64,000 bases of DNA from an uncultured Gemmatimonadales bacterium (GTDB lineage: Bacteria > Gemmatimonadota > Gemmatimonadetes > Longimicrobiales > Longimicrobiaceae): assembly GCA_963716255.1 (NCBI GenBank), contig OY970303.1, positions 3,200,001-3,264,000 on the forward strand, written 5' to 3'. How positions within the stretch are numbered: the first letter of the stretch is position 1; each line of letters starts with the position of its first letter. Shown here piece after piece: positions 29,960 to 40,768 of this stretch. A program made the position numbers and the translations under genes. The notes under the pieces are model-generated. The model saw nothing but the letters and a program-made list of their open reading frames with translations. It was not told the origin of the DNA and made no database searches.

Positions 29960-30096
29960 CGCGTGAGGGATTACGGCCCGAAGGGGCGAGACCGCGCGGC
30001 TGTTTGCGCGGGCTCGACTCCGTTAAGCACGGTTGTATCGTGCTTTACGGAGCCGAAGCCCGACCCCCGCGCCCCGCGGGGGGCACGCCCGAACCC
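29960..30096 (+). repeat. Structured dispersed repeat, copy 8
   Basis: Consensus match; arms CCGCGC and AAGCACG. Confidence 0.95.
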
Positions 30097-30116
30097 TGCC
30101 GTTCAGCTCTCTCCGC

Positions 30117-30878
30117 TTACCGCCCGCCACCCGTGAGCTGCTGGAGCCGCTGCTGCGCCTGGCGGTTGTTGGGCTGAAGCCGCAGCACCTTGCGGAATTG
30201 CTCGACGGCACGCTCCCGCTCGCCCGCCGTCTCGTACGCCCGCCCCAGCTCGAAGGCCACCCCCGCCGACTCCGGGAACTGCTCCGCGTTCAGCTCCAGC
30301 ATGCGCCGCGCGTCCGCGGGACGTCCCTCCGCCGCCAGCCGCGTCGCCAGCGTGGTGAGCGGCCGCTCGCCGAAGTCGTAGGTGAACCGCCCGTAGTGGC
30401 GCGCCCGCAGCTGCCGGTACGCGGCCACCGCCGAGTCGGCGCCGCGGCGCAGCACCACGGTGCGCAGCGTGTCCTCCAGCATCAGCGGGCGCGGCGCCCC
30501 GCGGTGGCAGGTCACGCACTCCACCCGCGCCGCCTCCGCGCCCGGCGCGGCGAGCGCGGCCAGGTAGTCCTGGTTGATGGCGCGCACCATCCGCATCATC
30601 TGCCGGGCGGTCTTCTTGGTGGGATTGGCGTCCGAGGCGAAGTCCAGCGAGTCCGGCTTGGCGGCGTCGTAGGGGGCGTGGCAGTGGGTGCAGCGCACCC
30701 CCAGCCCGTTGGTGAAGCCGCGCATCACGGCGATCACCTGCTCCCGGGTCATGCTGGAGGGGAGCACCTTGAGGTTGCGGGGGCGCTCCCCCTCCTGCGC
30801 CGCGGCGGGCGCGGCGCAGGCCAGCAGGAGCAGGGCCGCGAGGAGGGCGGGGCGGGCGCGGGTCGGCGTTGCGGTCAC
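30117..30878 (-). CDS. Secreted di-haem c-type cytochrome with C-terminal TPR
   Basis: Signal peptide, CTHCH and CVTCH motifs, TPR-like C-terminus. Confidence 0.85.
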   Translation of the reverse strand: MTATPTRARPALLAALLLLACAAPAAAQEGERPRNLKVLPSSMTREQVIAVMRGFTNGLGVRCTHCHAPYDAAKPDSLDFASDANPTKKTARQMMRMVRAINQDYLAALAAPGAEAARVECVTCHRGAPRPLMLEDTLRTVVLRRGADSAVAAYRQLRARHYGRFTYDFGERPLTTLATRLAAEGRPADARRMLELNAEQFPESAGVAFELGRAYETAGERERAVEQFRKVLRLQPNNRQAQQRLQQLTGGGR

Positions 30879-32164
30879 GGAAGTCCTCCGGGCAGGGGGA
30901 TGGGAACGGGCGGCGAAGGGTGCGGCAGGAGCTCCGGCGCAGGGCCGGCCGGGGACGTGCCGCGTCCGGCGGCGACCAGCGCGCGCACGTGGTCGCGCTG
31001 CAGGTGGAAGATCCAGGCCCCCAGGAGCCCGGCCGCCACCAGCACCCAGAGCTGGGCCAGGCTGGCGCCCCAGTCGGGGTGGAAGCCGCGCACTCCCTCG
31101 ATGGCCGCGGCGGCCAGCGCGCACTCCGCCGCGAGGCGCGGGGCGAGCGCCCGGAAGGGGAGGTCGCGGCGGCTGCGCGCCTCGGCCAGCAGGTAGCCCA
31201 GCACGGTGAGCGCGGCCATGGACTCCAGCATGTGGAGCTGCTCCGCCATCCCCAGCGAAGCCGAGCGCCTGGCGAACCCCAGCCATCCCGTCCACGCGCC
31301 GCTGGCGGAGGCGAGCGGCGCCAGCACCATGGCCAGCAGATACGCCGCGAAGGCGGGGGCGGCCCGGCGGAGCGCGCGCGCCTCGAAGCGGCGGTCCTCC
31401 GGTGCCGTGTCCGCCCGCCGCGCCTCCTGGGCCGCGGCGGCGGCGACCACGGCCACCAGCGCGGCGGCGGCCCAGGGGTGGAAGACCAGGGCGGGGAAGA
31501 CGCCCAGCGCCGCCCACCCCGCGGCGGCCAGCGCCAGCCCGCGCACGCCCAGCACCCCCGCCGGCCCGAAGGCGTGCCGCTGGAGCGCGGCCAGCAGGCG
31601 CGCGCCGAAGAGGCCCAGCAGCAGGAGCGGCGCCACGCGCAGCACCTGGCCGCGGGTGGCGAGGCTCCCCAGCCAGAGGAGCGGCACCAGCAGGTACACC
31701 AGCCCCATCAGCGGCAGCTCCAGCGCCAGCCGCCCCACCGCCCGCGGGCTCAGGCGGATGCGGCGCGCCACGGCGCGCTGGAGGAGGGCGCCCGCGAGCG
31801 CCCCGGCCGCGTTGGCGGCAATGTCCACCACCGAGGGGTAGCGCTCCGGCTCGAACACCTGCGCCGCCTCGATGCAGGCGCTCACCAGCAGCCCCAGCCC
31901 CACGGCCCGCGCCAGGGTGGGGCGCATCCCGTCGTCGCGCGTCAGCGGGTGCAGGAAGCCCAGCGGCACGAACATCAGGACGTTGGCGGCCAGGTCGAAC
32001 GGGGCCGTGCCGTAGTAGATCACGAAGAACCGCGGCGCCGCGAACCGGAACGGGGCCAGCGTGATCACCAGCACCACCCCGGCGTAGTACAGGAGCAGGG
32101 CCCGGCTGAGGCTCGCGCGTGTGGGAGCGGGGACGAAAGGGGCTTCGGGGGCGGGCTGCGTCAC
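30875..32164 (-). CDS. VanZ-domain polytopic membrane protein
   Basis: [19 protein letters not shown] and [11 protein letters not shown] motifs. Confidence 0.78.
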   Translation of the reverse strand: MTQPAPEAPFVPAPTRASLSRALLLYYAGVVLVITLAPFRFAAPRFFVIYYGTAPFDLAANVLMFVPLGFLHPLTRDDGMRPTLARAVGLGLLVSACIEAAQVFEPERYPSVVDIAANAAGALAGALLQRAVARRIRLSPRAVGRLALELPLMGLVYLLVPLLWLGSLATRGQVLRVAPLLLLGLFGARLLAALQRHAFGPAGVLGVRGLALAAAGWAALGVFPALVFHPWAAAALVAVVAAAAAQEARRADTAPEDRRFEARALRRAAPAFAAYLLAMVLAPLASASGAWTGWLGFARRSASLGMAEQLHMLESMAALTVLGYLLAEARSRRDLPFRALAPRLAAECALAAAAIEGVRGFHPDWGASLAQLWVLVAAGLLGAWIFHLQRDHVRALVAAGRGTSPAGPAPELLPHPSPPVPIPLPGGLP

Positions 32165-32308
32165 GCTGCGTACGTGGAGGGGAAGGGAAGAGTGCCCGGC
32201 GCGAATCCGGGCCCCCGGAAGGATCGGCCGCGGCGCGCCGAGAGGCAAGGACCATCCGTTCCCGCTATCTTGCCGCGGACCCTTTCGCCACCCCCACCCA
32301 CGGTGCCC

Positions 32309-32767
32309 ATGAAGCTCTGGATCGACGCGGACGCAGCGCCGCGCGACGTCAAGGAGATCGTCTTCCGCGCGGCGAAGCGCCTGGAGCTGGCGACGGTGCT
32401 GGTCGCCAACCAGCGGCTCCCCGTGCCGCCCGGCAACCCGCACGTGTCCGCGGTGCGGGTGGAGGGCGGGCCCGACGTGGCCGACCTGCACATCGCCGAG
32501 CACGCGGAGCCGGGAGACGTGGCCGTCACCGCCGACATCCCGCTGGCGGCTTCGCTGGTGGCGAAGGGGGTGGCGGTGATCGACCCGCGCGGCGAGGAGT
32601 TCTCGCCCGACAACGTGGGGGAGCGGCTGGCCGTGCGCGACTTCATGGACGGCCTGCGCGGGGCGGGGGTGGAGACGGGCGGGGCGCGGCCGTACGGGCC
32701 CAGGGAGAAGCAGGCGTTCGCGTCCGCCCTGGACCGCGTGCTGACCCGGGCGCTGCGGGGGCGCTGA
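32309..32767 (+). CDS. YaiI/YqxD (UPF0178) family protein
   Basis: [17 protein letters not shown] and VRDFMDGLR motifs. Confidence 0.92.
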   Translation: MKLWIDADAAPRDVKEIVFRAAKRLELATVLVANQRLPVPPGNPHVSAVRVEGGPDVADLHIAEHAEPGDVAVTADIPLAASLVAKGVAVIDPRGEEFSPDNVGERLAVRDFMDGLRGAGVETGGARPYGPREKQAFASALDRVLTRALRGR

Positions 32768-32776
32768 CCGCGCCGC

Positions 32777-34690
32777 TCACCCCGGCGGCGCGTCCCCGCG
32801 GTCGTCGTCCGCGGCGTCCTGCCAGGCGCGCAGCGTCACCCGCTCCGCCTGCTCCATCATCCGCTCCAGCACCCCCAGCGCTGCGTCCAGCGCGGCCTCC
32901 GGGGGCGCGGCTTCGCGCACCTGGCGCAGCACCTCCTCGCGGAGGACGGCCAGGTCGCGGCGGAGCTGGTCCTCGGTCCATCCCAGGCGCCGGCGCTGAG
33001 CCCCGTGCAGCTCCAGGATGGTGCGCTGGATCCGCTCGGAGTCGCGCGCCATGTCGGTGGTGGCGTCGCCGGTCTCCAGCGCGAGCATGTGCTGGGTGAC
33101 GCCGGACAGGAAGTTGAGCGCGTGGTTCTGCAGCTCGGCGTCGCGGGTGTCCGGGGTGGCCGGGAGGTCGGGGGAGGCCCGCAGGCGGCTGGTGTAGCCG
33201 GCCAGGATCGCGCCCATCCGCTCCAGCACCAGCGAGCCCACCAGCCCCATCCCCGGCGCGCCGTCGCCGTCCGCAGCGTCCGCGCGCGCGGGGGCGTCCT
33301 GCGGCCCGCGCAGCCACAGGGTGAAGCGCGCCCCTTCCCCCGGCGGGCTGTCCAGCGTCAGGTCGCCGCCCATCAGCCGGGCCAGGCGGCGGCTGATGGC
33401 CAGCCCCAGCCCGCTCCCGCCCTGGGTGCGGGTGAAGGCCTCGGTCTCGCCCTGCACGAACGCCTCGAAGATGGCCTCCACCTTTTCCGGGGGGATCCCG
33501 GGCCCGGTGTCGGCCACGTCCACGCGCGTCCACGGTCCGGCGCCGGCGAGGGCGGCGCGCGGGTCCGGCGTGGCGGCGACGCCGCAGCTCACCACGATGC
33601 GCCCGCCGCGCGGCGTGAACTTGCAGGCGTTCATCAGCAGGTTCACCAGGATCTGCCGCACCCGGTCCGCGTCGCCCACGTACCCGGCGGCGTCGGCGCA
33701 GCGGTTCTCCAGGGTGTGCCCGGACTCCAGGATCTGGGGGTGAACCAGGGTGCGGGCCGCCTCCACCGCCTCGGCCACGTCGCCCGGCTCGCGCCGCACG
33801 GTCATGCGGCCCGCCTCCACCCGCGCCATGTCCAGGATCTCGTCGACCAGCCCCACCAGGTGCTTTCCGCTGGCGCGGATGCGCTCCAGCTTGGCGCGCT
33901 GCGCGTCGGTGACCGGCCCGTCGATCCCCATCTCCATGAGCTGGGTGTAGCCGATGATGGCGTTGAGCGGGGTGCGAAGCTCGTGGCTGGTGACGGCCAG
34001 GAACTGCCCCTTGGCCCGCTCGGCGGCCAGCGCCGCGCCGCGGGCGGCCTCGGCGGCGGCGCGCGACTCGGCGGCGGCGCTGTACAGGCGGGCGTTGTCC
34101 ACCGCCAGCGCGGCGCGCGCGGCCAGGTCCTCGGCGAGCTCCAGGTCGCGCGCGGAGAAGCCGCTCCCCCCGGCCGGTCCCACGAAGGTGATGGCCCCCA
34201 GCACCTGGTCGCGCGCCACCAGCGGCACCACCATCAGCGAGCCGATCCCCAGCTCCTCCAGCAGGCGCAGGTTCTCCTCGTCGCGGGCGACGCGGGCCAG
34301 CAGCTCGCCGTCCACCAGCGGGATCACCTCGGCGCGGCGGGTGCGCATCACCGCGGGGGCGCCCAGCGGGTCGTCGCGCTCGGGGGGCCAGCCGGCGCGC
34401 AGCTCGCGCACCAGCGGCTGCCTGGCGGGGTCGGGGTGCACGATGGAAAGGCGGCGCGCGGAGCCGTCCGGCTCCACCACGTCCACGATGCACCAGGCGC
34501 CCAGGTGCGGCACGGCGAGCCGGGCCACGGTCGCCAGCGTGATCTCGTAGTCCAGCGAGTCGGCCAGGAGGCGGCTGGCCTCCGCCAGGAAGAGCGCGTT
34601 GGAGAGCGCGTCGGTCGCGTGGCCGGGGAGCTGGTGCGCCTCGCCCGGCGCGGGGCTCAGGAGGTCGTCCATGCGGGCGGACCTTTGCAT
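32777..34690 (-). CDS. GAF-domain histidine kinase with an extra C-terminal helical domain
   Basis: GAF, SHELRTPL, NLLMNACKF and GSGLGL motifs; about 160 aa C-terminal extension. Confidence 0.87.
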   Translation of the reverse strand: MQRSARMDDLLSPAPGEAHQLPGHATDALSNALFLAEASRLLADSLDYEITLATVARLAVPHLGAWCIVDVVEPDGSARRLSIVHPDPARQPLVRELRAGWPPERDDPLGAPAVMRTRRAEVIPLVDGELLARVARDEENLRLLEELGIGSLMVVPLVARDQVLGAITFVGPAGGSGFSARDLELAEDLAARAALAVDNARLYSAAAESRAAAEAARGAALAAERAKGQFLAVTSHELRTPLNAIIGYTQLMEMGIDGPVTDAQRAKLERIRASGKHLVGLVDEILDMARVEAGRMTVRREPGDVAEAVEAARTLVHPQILESGHTLENRCADAAGYVGDADRVRQILVNLLMNACKFTPRGGRIVVSCGVAATPDPRAALAGAGPWTRVDVADTGPGIPPEKVEAIFEAFVQGETEAFTRTQGGSGLGLAISRRLARLMGGDLTLDSPPGEGARFTLWLRGPQDAPARADAADGDGAPGMGLVGSLVLERMGAILAGYTSRLRASPDLPATPDTRDAELQNHALNFLSGVTQHMLALETGDATTDMARDSERIQRTILELHGAQRRRLGWTEDQLRRDLAVLREEVLRQVREAAPPEAALDAALGVLERMMEQAERVTLRAWQDAADDDRGDAPPG

Positions 34691-34731
34691 CGTTCGCGCC
34701 AGCCCCGGCGCGCCGCCGGTCCCCGGCGCGG

Positions 34732-35559
34732 CTACGCCGCCGAGCTCTCGTGCGGCGCGGCGTCGGCGAGGCGCATCGCCAGCTCCAGCGCCTCCACCAG
34801 GCCGCCGCGGTCCACGTGCCCCACCCGGTGCCGTGCCACGGCGTGGACCTCCGGCTCCGCGTTCCCCATCGCCACCGGGTGGCCCACGGCGCCCATCGCC
34901 CCCACGTCGTTGAGGCCGTCGCCCACCATCATCACCCGGTCCAGCGGCACCCCGTACGCGCCGGCGAGCACGCGCACCTCGCTCGCCTTGTCCACGCCCG
35001 CCGGGGTGATGTTGACGAACGAGGTGTCCGGCATCACCGGCGAGGTGGAGTGCGCCAGCTCCAGGTCGGGGTGCCGGTCGGCGAGCGCGGCGTCGGCCCC
35101 GGCGTGCGCCATCACCCACTGGGCACGCACGATCCTTCCCTCCAGCGAGGCGAACGCCCGCGGGCGGAAGGGGACGCCCAGCAGGCCCGCGTGCCGCCGG
35201 GCGCGCTCGGCGGTGCTTTCCACGGCGTAGGCGGAGTCGGTGTACAGCTCCAGGATGCGGCCGGTGGCGCGCGCAGTCGCCAGAAGCCACTCCAGCGCCG
35301 CGGGCGACAGGCTCCCCGAGCGCGACTCGCCGGTGGACACGTGCACCACGCTGGCGCCGTTCTGGAAGACGTGCCACCCGCCGCCGTCCAGCCGCTCGGC
35401 GTACTCCCGGGCCAGCCCGAACGCCGGGCGGCCGGAGCACACGGCCAGGCGGATGCCCCGCACGCGGGCGCGCTCCGCGGCGGCCCACACCTCCGGCGCC
35501 ACGGTCCCGGACGAGCCCACCAGCGTCCCGTCCACGTCGATGCAGACCAGCTCCACCAT
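34732..35559 (-). CDS. Cof-type HAD-IIB hydrolase
   Basis: [16 protein letters not shown] and VGDGLND...AMGNA motifs. Confidence 0.9.
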   Translation of the reverse strand: MVELVCIDVDGTLVGSSGTVAPEVWAAAERARVRGIRLAVCSGRPAFGLAREYAERLDGGGWHVFQNGASVVHVSTGESRSGSLSPAALEWLLATARATGRILELYTDSAYAVESTAERARRHAGLLGVPFRPRAFASLEGRIVRAQWVMAHAGADAALADRHPDLELAHSTSPVMPDTSFVNITPAGVDKASEVRVLAGAYGVPLDRVMMVGDGLNDVGAMGAVGHPVAMGNAEPEVHAVARHRVGHVDRGGLVEALELAMRLADAAPHESSAA

Positions 35560-35671
35560 GAATTCACCCACTCCGGTTGACAGACAAAAAAACAGCGCCG
35601 CGAACAGATAAGTTCGCAGCGCTGCGGTGGTTGCGTCAAACCGCGCTCGGCGTGTCCGGTCCGGCACGGCC

Positions 35672-36679
35672 TCACGGGTAGGCCACCTCCCGCACCCAGT
35701 CCACCTCCCGCGGCTCCCGGCCCGGCTCCATCCCCCGGGTGATGGCCCAGCGCTGGAGCCAGGACAGCCCCTCCCGTCCCGTGTACGTGTCCCGCGACCG
35801 GTACGCGGGATCCGCCAGCGCCCGCTCCACGGGCACGAAGCCGTAGCCCCGCCCCTTCAGCATCGCCGCCAGCTCGTCCAGGTAGTCCGCGTTCAGCGCG
35901 TTCGCGTGAAGCATCAGCACCTGGGCAGGCTCCCGCTCCAGCACGCGCCGCGACAGCGCCTCGGAGAAGGTGAAGCTTTCGCGCATGTGCTCCACGTACG
36001 CCCCGCCGATGCGCCGCATCAGCGCGCTGTCGGCCCGGAGGTGCGCGTTGTCGTAGGCCAGGGCGTACGTCACGTCCAGGTTGTCCACCGTCACCGGAGC
36101 CACCCGGTAGCCGTGCTCCGCCAGGAAGCGCTCGAACGCTTCTTTCGTGCGCAGGTCGGGGCCGGTGTTCAGGTAGGGATGGCGGAAATACCGCGGCTGC
36201 CCCTCGCGCTCCGCCAGCAGGGCCCGAGTGACGCTGTCGCCGCGGAGCACCTGTCGCTGGTACTCCTCCAGCGGCGTGGTCCAGAAGGAAACGTGGGCGT
36301 AGGTGTGGTTGCCCAGCTCCATCCCCGCGTCCAGCCACTGCTCCAGCAGGGCGACCCGCGCCGGGCGGTCGCCGCCCCGGCCGAGCTTGCCCTCGTTGAC
36401 GAAGCCCACGGCGACGATCCCGGCGCCGCGCAGCTGGCCGAGCAGGCGGGTGGTGACGTCCCGCATGCGCTCCAGCCCGTAGGCCCCGTCGCGCGACATG
36501 GGCAGGTCGTCGAACGTGAACGCCACCGTGCGCCCGGGCGCCGCCGTGTCCGCTGGGACGGGGATCGAGGCGGGCGAGGCCGCCGACCGCTCGTCCACCG
36601 GCCGGGTCTCGGCGCCGCGCCCGCAGCCAATCGATGCGAGGGCGAGCGCCGCTGCCGCCATCCGGATCGCTGATCGCAT
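35672..36679 (-). CDS. Polysaccharide deacetylase (CE4) lipoprotein
   Basis: TFDDLP, GNHTYAH, YFRHPYL and LMLH motifs. Confidence 0.88.
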   Translation of the reverse strand: MRSAIRMAAAALALASIGCGRGAETRPVDERSAASPASIPVPADTAAPGRTVAFTFDDLPMSRDGAYGLERMRDVTTRLLGQLRGAGIVAVGFVNEGKLGRGGDRPARVALLEQWLDAGMELGNHTYAHVSFWTTPLEEYQRQVLRGDSVTRALLAEREGQPRYFRHPYLNTGPDLRTKEAFERFLAEHGYRVAPVTVDNLDVTYALAYDNAHLRADSALMRRIGGAYVEHMRESFTFSEALSRRVLEREPAQVLMLHANALNADYLDELAAMLKGRGYGFVPVERALADPAYRSRDTYTGREGLSWLQRWAITRGMEPGREPREVDWVREVAYP

Positions 36680-36794
36680 GCCGCACCTCCCGAAAGGATG
36701 CCTGCCGACCGGCGGACCTCGGGCCCGGCCGGCCTCCAGGATGCCGTACGCCTCCCGCGCCGGCTCCCGTCTCCCGCCTGCACGATCCGCTCCT

Positions 36795-37505
36795 TCAGGG
36801 GCCCGCCGTGCCCGCCGCCTCGCGCCGGGCGAGGTGGACCACCGCGAGCGCGCGCAGGTCGATCAGCGTGTGGAGCAGGATGGGCAGCAGGAGGCTTCCC
36901 GAGGCCAGGTACAGGCCGCCCAGCAGCAGGCCCACCACGCCCGTGAGGAGCATTCCCTTCGCTCCCTGCCCCGCGTGCGCTACCCCGAAGGCCAGCGAAG
37001 ACACCGCCAGCGCCGCCGACGCGGACAGCCCCCAGGGGCCGGCGGCCAGGTAGCGCATCAGGAAGCCGCGGTAGATCAGCTCTTCCGTGATCCCGGCGGT
37101 GACGGACACGCCCGCGAAGAGAAGCTTCTCGCGCGCCGTGCGCGGCAGGAGGTAGCCGATCCCGTCGAAGGCGGCCGCCAGCCTGGCCCGGAGGCCGGGG
37201 TTGAACCACGCGAACACCACCGGCAGCACCTGTCCCACGCTGGCCGCGGCCGCCATGATCCACGCGGTCGTCGGGGGCAGCCCGCTCCACGGGGCGCCGG
37301 GGGCCGGGGGCGCGAGAAACAGGCTCGACAGGGGGAAGACCAGGAGAGCCGCGCCGGCGAAGAGCCACAGGATGGCGATGACGCGCAGGTAAATGGGCGA
37401 CTTCGCGCCGGGCCGAACCGCCTCGCGGAGCCGGCGGGCCTCCCACAGGTCCCAGAGCGGGAAGAGTACGAGCAGGGCGGCAGCCAGCAGGTGTGCGAGG
37501 AGCAT
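36795..37505 (-). CDS. CPBP (CAAX/Abi) intramembrane protease
   Basis: AGITEELIYRG, FGVAH and HTLID motifs. Confidence 0.9.
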   Translation of the reverse strand: MLLAHLLAAALLVLFPLWDLWEARRLREAVRPGAKSPIYLRVIAILWLFAGAALLVFPLSSLFLAPPAPGAPWSGLPPTTAWIMAAAASVGQVLPVVFAWFNPGLRARLAAAFDGIGYLLPRTAREKLLFAGVSVTAGITEELIYRGFLMRYLAAGPWGLSASAALAVSSLAFGVAHAGQGAKGMLLTGVVGLLLGGLYLASGSLLLPILLHTLIDLRALAVVHLARREAAGTAGP

Positions 37506-37623
37506 TAGAACCGGGAGAGGGAGGGCGGCAACGTGCTGCCGTGCGGGCGGCGGAGCGACGGCGTCTACGGTGAGCTCCGCATGCGCAGCGAAACGACTAC
37601 GCCTCCGAAGCTGTCTTCCGCTG

Positions 37624-37848
37624 TCAGCGCAGGGGCTCGGGGAGCGGAGCGGAGCCGAAAGCGTATCGCAGCAGCTCGCGCTTCAGTTCCCGGTCCGACC
37701 ATTCCGGATGCTGGACACGCAAGCGAGCCAACGTCAGCTCACGCGCGGCCGCGCTCATCTCCACCGCGAGCTGCAGGCGTTCTTCTCCTGTCATCCCGCG
37801 ATAAATGCTCGCCTGGATCTCCGCTGCTTCGGGGCTGGTGTCGCTCAT
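37624..37848 (-). CDS. Small helical protein, possible orphan antitoxin
   Basis: MSDTSPEAAEIQ...MTGEERL...RVQHPEWSDREL; lower-GC patch; family assignment from memory. Confidence 0.55.
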   Translation of the reverse strand: MSDTSPEAAEIQASIYRGMTGEERLQLAVEMSAAARELTLARLRVQHPEWSDRELKRELLRYAFGSAPLPEPLR

Positions 37849-37858
37849 CTCTCGCCTC

Positions 37859-40744
37859 TCACCTCGCCATCGCCAGCAGCTCCGCCGGGTGGATCGCCTT
37901 CCGCCCCTCGCAGAAGTCGCCGATCTGCGAGCGGCAGGAGAACCCTGGCGCCACCACCAGGTCGTCCGGCGCCGCTCCCCGCACCGCCGGAAAGAGCACT
38001 CGCTCCCCCGCCGCCCGCGACACCTCGTAGTGCCCCCGCTCGTACCCGAACGACCCCGCCATCCCGCAGCACCCGGAGTCCAGCACCGTGAACTCCAGCC
38101 CCTCCACCCGACCCAGCACCTCGCGCGTGGGCTCCATCCCCACGATCGCCTTCTGGTGGCAGTGCCCGTGGACGACGGCGCGCCGCTCCAGCCGCCCCGG
38201 CTTCCACCCCGGCACCGAGAGCAGGAACTCCTCCAGCATCATCGCCGCCCCCGCGATCGCCTTCGCGCGCGGGTCGCGCACCAGGTCCGGGAGCTCGTCG
38301 CGCAGCGTAAGGATGCAGCTGGGCTCCACCCCCACGATCCTGGCGCCGCGCTCCACCTCGGGGGCCAGCACCTCCACCAGCTCCCGCTGCTTGTCGACGG
38401 CGTGGTCCAGCAGCCCCTTGGAGATGGCGGCGCGCCCGCAGCACACCTGCCGCCGGGGGAGCACCACCCGGAAGCCGGCCCGCTCCAGCACCGCCGCCGT
38501 GGCGCGCAGCGGCGCGGACTGGAAGAAGTTGTGGAAGGTGTCGTCGAACAGGACGACGGCGGGCCGCGCGTCGCCGCCGGGCGACGAGCCGCCCCGGCCG
38601 CCCCGCCACTCGCGGCGGAAGGGGCGCGCGTCGAAGACCGGGAGCTTGCGCCGCGGGTCCACGTGCGCCGCCGCCTTCATCGCCCCGCCGAACAGGCTGC
38701 TCCCCAGGTTGGCGAGCCCCGGCGCCAGGCTCCCCGCCCGGGCGAAGTCGTGGATCCGCCCGAAGAAGAGCGCCTCCCTGGGCGTGCCCGTTTCGCGGAA
38801 GTGCTGCGCCAGGAACTCCGCCTTGTAGCGGGCCATGTCCACCCCCACCGGGCACTCCGTCTTGCACGCCTTGCACTGGAGGCAAAGGTCCAGCGCCTCC
38901 TTCACTTCCGTGCTGCGCATTCCCGGGAGGTTGCCGCGCATGGCCTCGCGCAGCGCGTTGGCGCGGCCGCGCACGGTGTGCTCCTCCTCCAGCGTCACCA
39001 TGAACGAGGGGCACATGGTCCCCGCGTCCAGCTTGCGGCACACGGCCATGCCGTTGCACTTCTCCACCGCCTTGTCCCAGCCGCCGTCCTCCGAGTAGTC
39101 GAACCACGTGGGCGGCGCCTTTGCCGCGTACGCCTCGCCGAAGCGCAGGTTGTCCGACATGCGCTGGTGCGGCGGGACGATCTTGCCGCCCGGGTTCATG
39201 CGGTTTTCCGGGTCGAAGACGTGCTTGACCCGGCGGTGCAGCTCCATGACCTCGGCGCCGAACATCAGCGGCAGGAACTCCGAGCGGGCCAGCCCGTCGC
39301 CGTGCTCGCCGGAGAGCGAGCCCCCGAACTCCACCACCAGCTCCGCGATGTCCCCGGCGATGGCCTGCATGCGGCGGACGTCGTCGCCGCGCTTCAGGTT
39401 CAGGTCCACGCGGATGTGCAGGCACCCGTGCCCCGCGTGCCCGAAGAAGCCCAGCGTGGTGCCGTGCCGGTGCACGATCTCCTCGAAGCGGCGGGTGTAG
39501 GCGCCCAGCTTTTCCGGGGGGATGCCGGTGTCCTCCACGAACTCCTGCGGCTTGATGTCGCGCGTGGGGGTGGTGCGGTACAGCAGCCCGGTGGCCGCCT
39601 GCCGCAGCGCCCATGCCGCGGTCTGCACCCGCGGGTCCAGGAAGACGCCGGGGACCGGCGCGCCGGGGAGGCGCGGAGCGCGCCCCGCGAAGTCGTGGGC
39701 CAGCGCGGCCACCTCCTCCGCCGTGTCGCCGGAGAACTCGCAGAACAGCACCCCCAGCGCGTCCGGCTCCACCAGCGCCGCCGTGGCGCGGAACTCCAGG
39801 AGCTCGCGCGCCCCCTGGAGCACGCGCGAGTCCACGATCTCCAGCGCCGAAAGGCCCGCCTCCGGGAGGATGCGGGGGATGGCGTCCATGGAGTCCCAGC
39901 GCCCGCGGAAGCTGAGCAGCACCAGGGCGCGCGCCCCGGGGAGCGGCACCAGCCCCAGCTCCGCCTCGGTGATGGTGGCCAGCGTGCCCTCCGAGCCTAC
40001 CACCAGCTGGGCCAGGTTCAGCTCCGGCGCCTCCAGCACGTGGTCGAAGTTGTAGCCGGAGACGCGGCGCGGGATCCTGGGATAGCGGGCGAGCACCGAG
40101 TCGCGGTGCGGCTCCAAGATCCCCAGCACCTCCCGCGCGATCTCCCCCTCGCGCCCGGGCATGGCCGCCACCGCGCCGCGCGCCACCGGGCCGAAGCGCA
40201 CGTCCGCGCCGTCGTGCAGCACGCAGTCCAGCGAGTGCACGTGGTCGCCGGTCTTGCCGTACGCCAGCGAGCGGGCGCCGCACGAGTTGTTGCCGATCAT
40301 GCCGCCCACGCAGCACTGGCGGATGGTGGCCGGGTCCGGCCCGAAGTGCAGGCCGTGCGGGGCGGCGGCGCGGTTCAGGCGGTCCAGCCGCACCCCGGGC
40401 TGCACGCGGGCGCGGCGGCGGTCCGGGTCCACCTCCAGCACCCGGTTCATGTACTTGCCGAAGTCCAGCACCAGCGCGGCCCCCACCGTCTGCCCGGCGA
40501 GCGCGGTGCCGCCGCCCCGCGGGAGGACGGGCACGCCGTGCTCCGCGGCCAGGCGGTGCGCCGCCCGCACGTCGGCGGCGTCGCGGGGGAGCACCACTCC
40601 CGCCGGCACCAGCTGGTACAGCGAGGCGTCGGTGCTGTACAGCAGGCGGCTCTTGGCGTCGAAGCGCACCTCGCCGCGCACCTGCTGGCGGAGGGCGCGC
40701 TCCAGGCGGGCGGCGCGGGGGTCGGGCTGGACCACGGGGAGCAT
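37859..40744 (-). CDS. FAD-binding and Fe-S oxidoreductase (YdiJ/GlcDF-like fusion)
   Basis: PRGGGTALAGQ, SLSGEHGDG, CLQCKACKTECP, and CCG domains (HGHCHQK, SGCCGMAG). Confidence 0.92.
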   Translation of the reverse strand: MLPVVQPDPRAARLERALRQQVRGEVRFDAKSRLLYSTDASLYQLVPAGVVLPRDAADVRAAHRLAAEHGVPVLPRGGGTALAGQTVGAALVLDFGKYMNRVLEVDPDRRRARVQPGVRLDRLNRAAAPHGLHFGPDPATIRQCCVGGMIGNNSCGARSLAYGKTGDHVHSLDCVLHDGADVRFGPVARGAVAAMPGREGEIAREVLGILEPHRDSVLARYPRIPRRVSGYNFDHVLEAPELNLAQLVVGSEGTLATITEAELGLVPLPGARALVLLSFRGRWDSMDAIPRILPEAGLSALEIVDSRVLQGARELLEFRATAALVEPDALGVLFCEFSGDTAEEVAALAHDFAGRAPRLPGAPVPGVFLDPRVQTAAWALRQAATGLLYRTTPTRDIKPQEFVEDTGIPPEKLGAYTRRFEEIVHRHGTTLGFFGHAGHGCLHIRVDLNLKRGDDVRRMQAIAGDIAELVVEFGGSLSGEHGDGLARSEFLPLMFGAEVMELHRRVKHVFDPENRMNPGGKIVPPHQRMSDNLRFGEAYAAKAPPTWFDYSEDGGWDKAVEKCNGMAVCRKLDAGTMCPSFMVTLEEEHTVRGRANALREAMRGNLPGMRSTEVKEALDLCLQCKACKTECPVGVDMARYKAEFLAQHFRETGTPREALFFGRIHDFARAGSLAPGLANLGSSLFGGAMKAAAHVDPRRKLPVFDARPFRREWRGGRGGSSPGGDARPAVVLFDDTFHNFFQSAPLRATAAVLERAGFRVVLPRRQVCCGRAAISKGLLDHAVDKQRELVEVLAPEVERGARIVGVEPSCILTLRDELPDLVRDPRAKAIAGAAMMLEEFLLSVPGWKPGRLERRAVVHGHCHQKAIVGMEPTREVLGRVEGLEFTVLDSGCCGMAGSFGYERGHYEVSRAAGERVLFPAVRGAAPDDLVVAPGFSCRSQIGDFCEGRKAIHPAELLAMAR

Positions 40745-40768
40745 GCGGGCCTCTGCGGGGACGGGGCG

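Noticed and set aside
30117..30878. Photosynthetic reaction-centre cytochrome PufC
   Set aside because: Only two haem motifs plus a TPR, and no puf or bch genes nearby
36795..37505. CPBP/Abi protease as a phage defence or bacteriocin immunity locus
   Set aside because: Solitary gene with no defence or bacteriocin context
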